Origin: a virus
Taxonomy: Duplodnaviria > Caudoviricetes
Length of the DNA: 45,523 nt
Direction: 5' to 3' (one strand)
Virus record (IMG/VR): IMGVR_UViG_3300044708_000233
Location: 1 to 45,523 of that record
Numbering within the stretch: the stretch's first letter is position 1; each line of letters starts with the position of its first letter. Below the pieces are notes generated by a model. It was given only the letters and a program-made list of their open reading frames with translations. It was not told the DNA's origin and did not search any database. Positions 43,677 to 45,523 of the stretch are shown one piece after another. Both the position numbers and the translations under genes were made by a program.

Positions 43677-45179
43677 ATGGGCGCCCTCGCCGTTGCGCGC
43701 AGCTGGTTTGGTGGCCTCGGGTTTGGCGTGCTGGGCAATGTGCAGCCCGCCATGGGCCCCTTGTTCACCGCGCTCGGATTTGATCGCACGCTCGGCGGCA
43801 GCGCACACGCGCTCGACCCGCTGGATGGCACCGGCTGGCAGCGCAATCTCGCCAAGCTGGGCTGCGGCGCGCTGCCGGTCATCGAGGCCATCTACACGCT
43901 CTACACCAACGCCTTCGCGCAGCTGCGCCCGCATCACCGCCGGGTCGACCTCGTCACCGGCGCCGTCGAGGAAGTGACCTCGTCGCCCGCGGCCATCTTG
44001 CTGGTGCAGCCGAACCTGTACGAGAGCGGCGCGACGCTTTTCGGGCGCCTCGTGTGCGACTGGCTCGCCGGCGAGGCGCTCCTCGTCGCGCAGGTCAACG
44101 GGCGCACCGATCCCGCGGCGCTGCATCTTGTTTCCCGTGGAACATGGTCACCGCGCATCGATCCCGAGAGCCGCGAGGTCTTCTACTTCGTCAGCAACGA
44201 CCCGGCGTTGCTGTTCGGCCCACAGGCGCAGATCGCCGACGTCGACGAATCGCGTCTGATGGTGTTTCCGGCGCGCAATGTGATGCACTTGCGCTGGCGC
44301 ACGCCGCGGCATCCCTTGATCGGCGAGAGTCCCTTCGCGGCCGCGGCGCTGGCTGCCGGCATCAATGTCGCACTGAACCGCACGCAGATGCTGTTCGTCG
44401 AGAACATGCGCAGGGTGAGCACGGTCCTCTCGACCGACCTCATCCTCGACCGTAAGCAAATGGCCGATTTGCGCGAGGCCTATGACCAGCAGGCCGCCAA
44501 GTGGGCCACCGGCGGGCTTCCCATCCTGGCCGGCGGCCTGAAGATGTCGAGCGCGAACCTGGCCGCGATCGATGAAAGCATCATCACCTCGCTGCGCTTC
44601 TCGAATGAGGAAATCGCGCGCACCGCCGGCGTGCCGCCCCCGATGTACGGCGACTTGAGCGCCGGCGGATCCCTCACCTCGAGCGAAACGCTCGTGTTGC
44701 ACTGGCTCTCGGTGTCGCTCGGCGGCCTGATCGAACGGTTTGAACGCGAGCTCGATCGCCTCTTCCGCATGGATGGGCGCCACGACTACGTGGAGATGTC
44801 CACCGAGGCGTTGCTGCGCTCGGATCTCGCAGCGCAGGCACAGGCCATGTCGCAACTCGTGCAGGGCGGCTGCATGACGCCGGACGAAACGCGCAACCGG
44901 CTCGGCCTTGGGCCGGCACCGGGCGGCGACCAGCTCTTCCTTCAGAAGCAGATGGTGCCCGTCACGCTGGCGGCCGAGCTCGCGCAGGCCGAGCTCGACA
45001 AGCTCGCCGCGCCACCTCCGCCCCCGCCCGAGTTGTTGCCCGATGTGCCGCCCGATGTGCCGCCGGACGACATCGCGCCGCCCCCCGCTCCCACGGCCGA
45101 AGACGTGGCGGCCGCGCGCGCGCTTGATGCGAGCACGTTCCGGCACGCGCTGCGGGCGCTGCAGAAGGAGGTCGTCTAG
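43677..45179 (+). CDS. Portal protein (HK97-type), 500 aa
   Basis: QPN.YES, VMHLR...HPLIGESP, EEIAR..GVPP.M.G, LLRSD...GCMTPDE.R; Pro-rich tail; GAGGAGG RBS. Confidence 0.92.
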   Translation: MGALAVARSWFGGLGFGVLGNVQPAMGPLFTALGFDRTLGGSAHALDPLDGTGWQRNLAKLGCGALPVIEAIYTLYTNAFAQLRPHHRRVDLVTGAVEEVTSSPAAILLVQPNLYESGATLFGRLVCDWLAGEALLVAQVNGRTDPAALHLVSRGTWSPRIDPESREVFYFVSNDPALLFGPQAQIADVDESRLMVFPARNVMHLRWRTPRHPLIGESPFAAAALAAGINVALNRTQMLFVENMRRVSTVLSTDLILDRKQMADLREAYDQQAAKWATGGLPILAGGLKMSSANLAAIDESIITSLRFSNEEIARTAGVPPPMYGDLSAGGSLTSSETLVLHWLSVSLGGLIERFERELDRLFRMDGRHDYVEMSTEALLRSDLAAQAQAMSQLVQGGCMTPDETRNRLGLGPAPGGDQLFLQKQMVPVTLAAELAQAELDKLAAPPPPPPELLPDVPPDVPPDDIAPPPAPTAEDVAAARALDASTFRHALRALQKEVV

Positions 45180-45523
45180 ATGGACGCCGAACTGCTCCAG
45201 GCGCTGGCTGCCGAGGTGGCCGACCAGATGAACACGCTACGCGCGGACATGCGCCGCGAGCGTGCGGCAGAGACGGAAGTGATGCGGCGCAGTGTCGAGG
45301 TGGACAACGCCGCCTTGTGTGAGCGCCAGGCCGATACCGCGCATCGGCTCGAGCTCGCGCAGGCTGAACTCGCCGTGTTGCGCGCGGCGGCGCAGGATGG
45401 CCCCGTTGCGGCGCTGACGCTGGACGCGGGCGGCACCGTGCGGCTCGTGCAACGTCAGGGCCCGGCGCTGGAGATGGCGCTGCCGGACGTCCAGGCGCTC
45501 GTCGAGCGTGCCGTCGACCACCG
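45180..45523 (+). CDS. 5' part of the junction-spanning hypothetical protein (continues at 1..746)
   Basis: AAGGAGG RBS, ATG at 45180, open frame to the window end. Confidence 0.7.
   Translation, partial: MDAELLQALAAEVADQMNTLRADMRRERAAETEVMRRSVEVDNAALCERQADTAHRLELAQAELAVLRAAAQDGPVAALTLDAGGTVRLVQRQGPALEMALPDVQALVERAVDH
45382..45523. repeat. Terminal overlap, copy 2
   Basis: Matches nt 1-142 with one mismatch. Confidence 0.95.

Noticed and set aside
45010-45095. CCCGATGTGCCG repeats near the portal end as a DNA element
   Set aside because: In-frame repeats encoding a Pro-rich PPDV linker
45382-45523. Biological direct terminal repeat
   Set aside because: Falls mid-gene, and the terminase is of the HK97/cos type; assembly overlap is more likely

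Overview
The window is a complete, circularly permuted genome of a GC-rich temperate siphovirus, about 45,381 bp unique: nt 45382-45523 repeat nt 1-142 with one mismatch. The host is probably a betaproteobacterium (inferred from a tRNA-Val(CAC) attP core and the gene families). The + strand carries replication, packaging, head and tail genes (34293-45523, wrapping to 15346). The - strand carries accessory genes, a tyrosine integrase and a long early/recombination operon. The standout element lies inside that operon: an RHH gene, a solo Cas7-like RAMP gene (31919-32803) and an accessory gene, followed by a ~1.15 kb non-coding array (30256-31398). The array is built of GGY-NN pentamers divided into units by GGCAGG delimiters and looks like a non-CRISPR RNA-guided system. 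Other notable items: a dual-frame (M.EcoHK31I-type) C5 methyltransferase, twin Dit-plus-receptor-binding modules, an HNH gene that appears to have duplicated and recoded the 3' end of its target gene, an oriC-like DnaA-box cluster, a GH5 with non-canonical catalytic residues, and no recognisable CI repressor or endolysin. All family calls come from motif recognition by eye; no searches were run.
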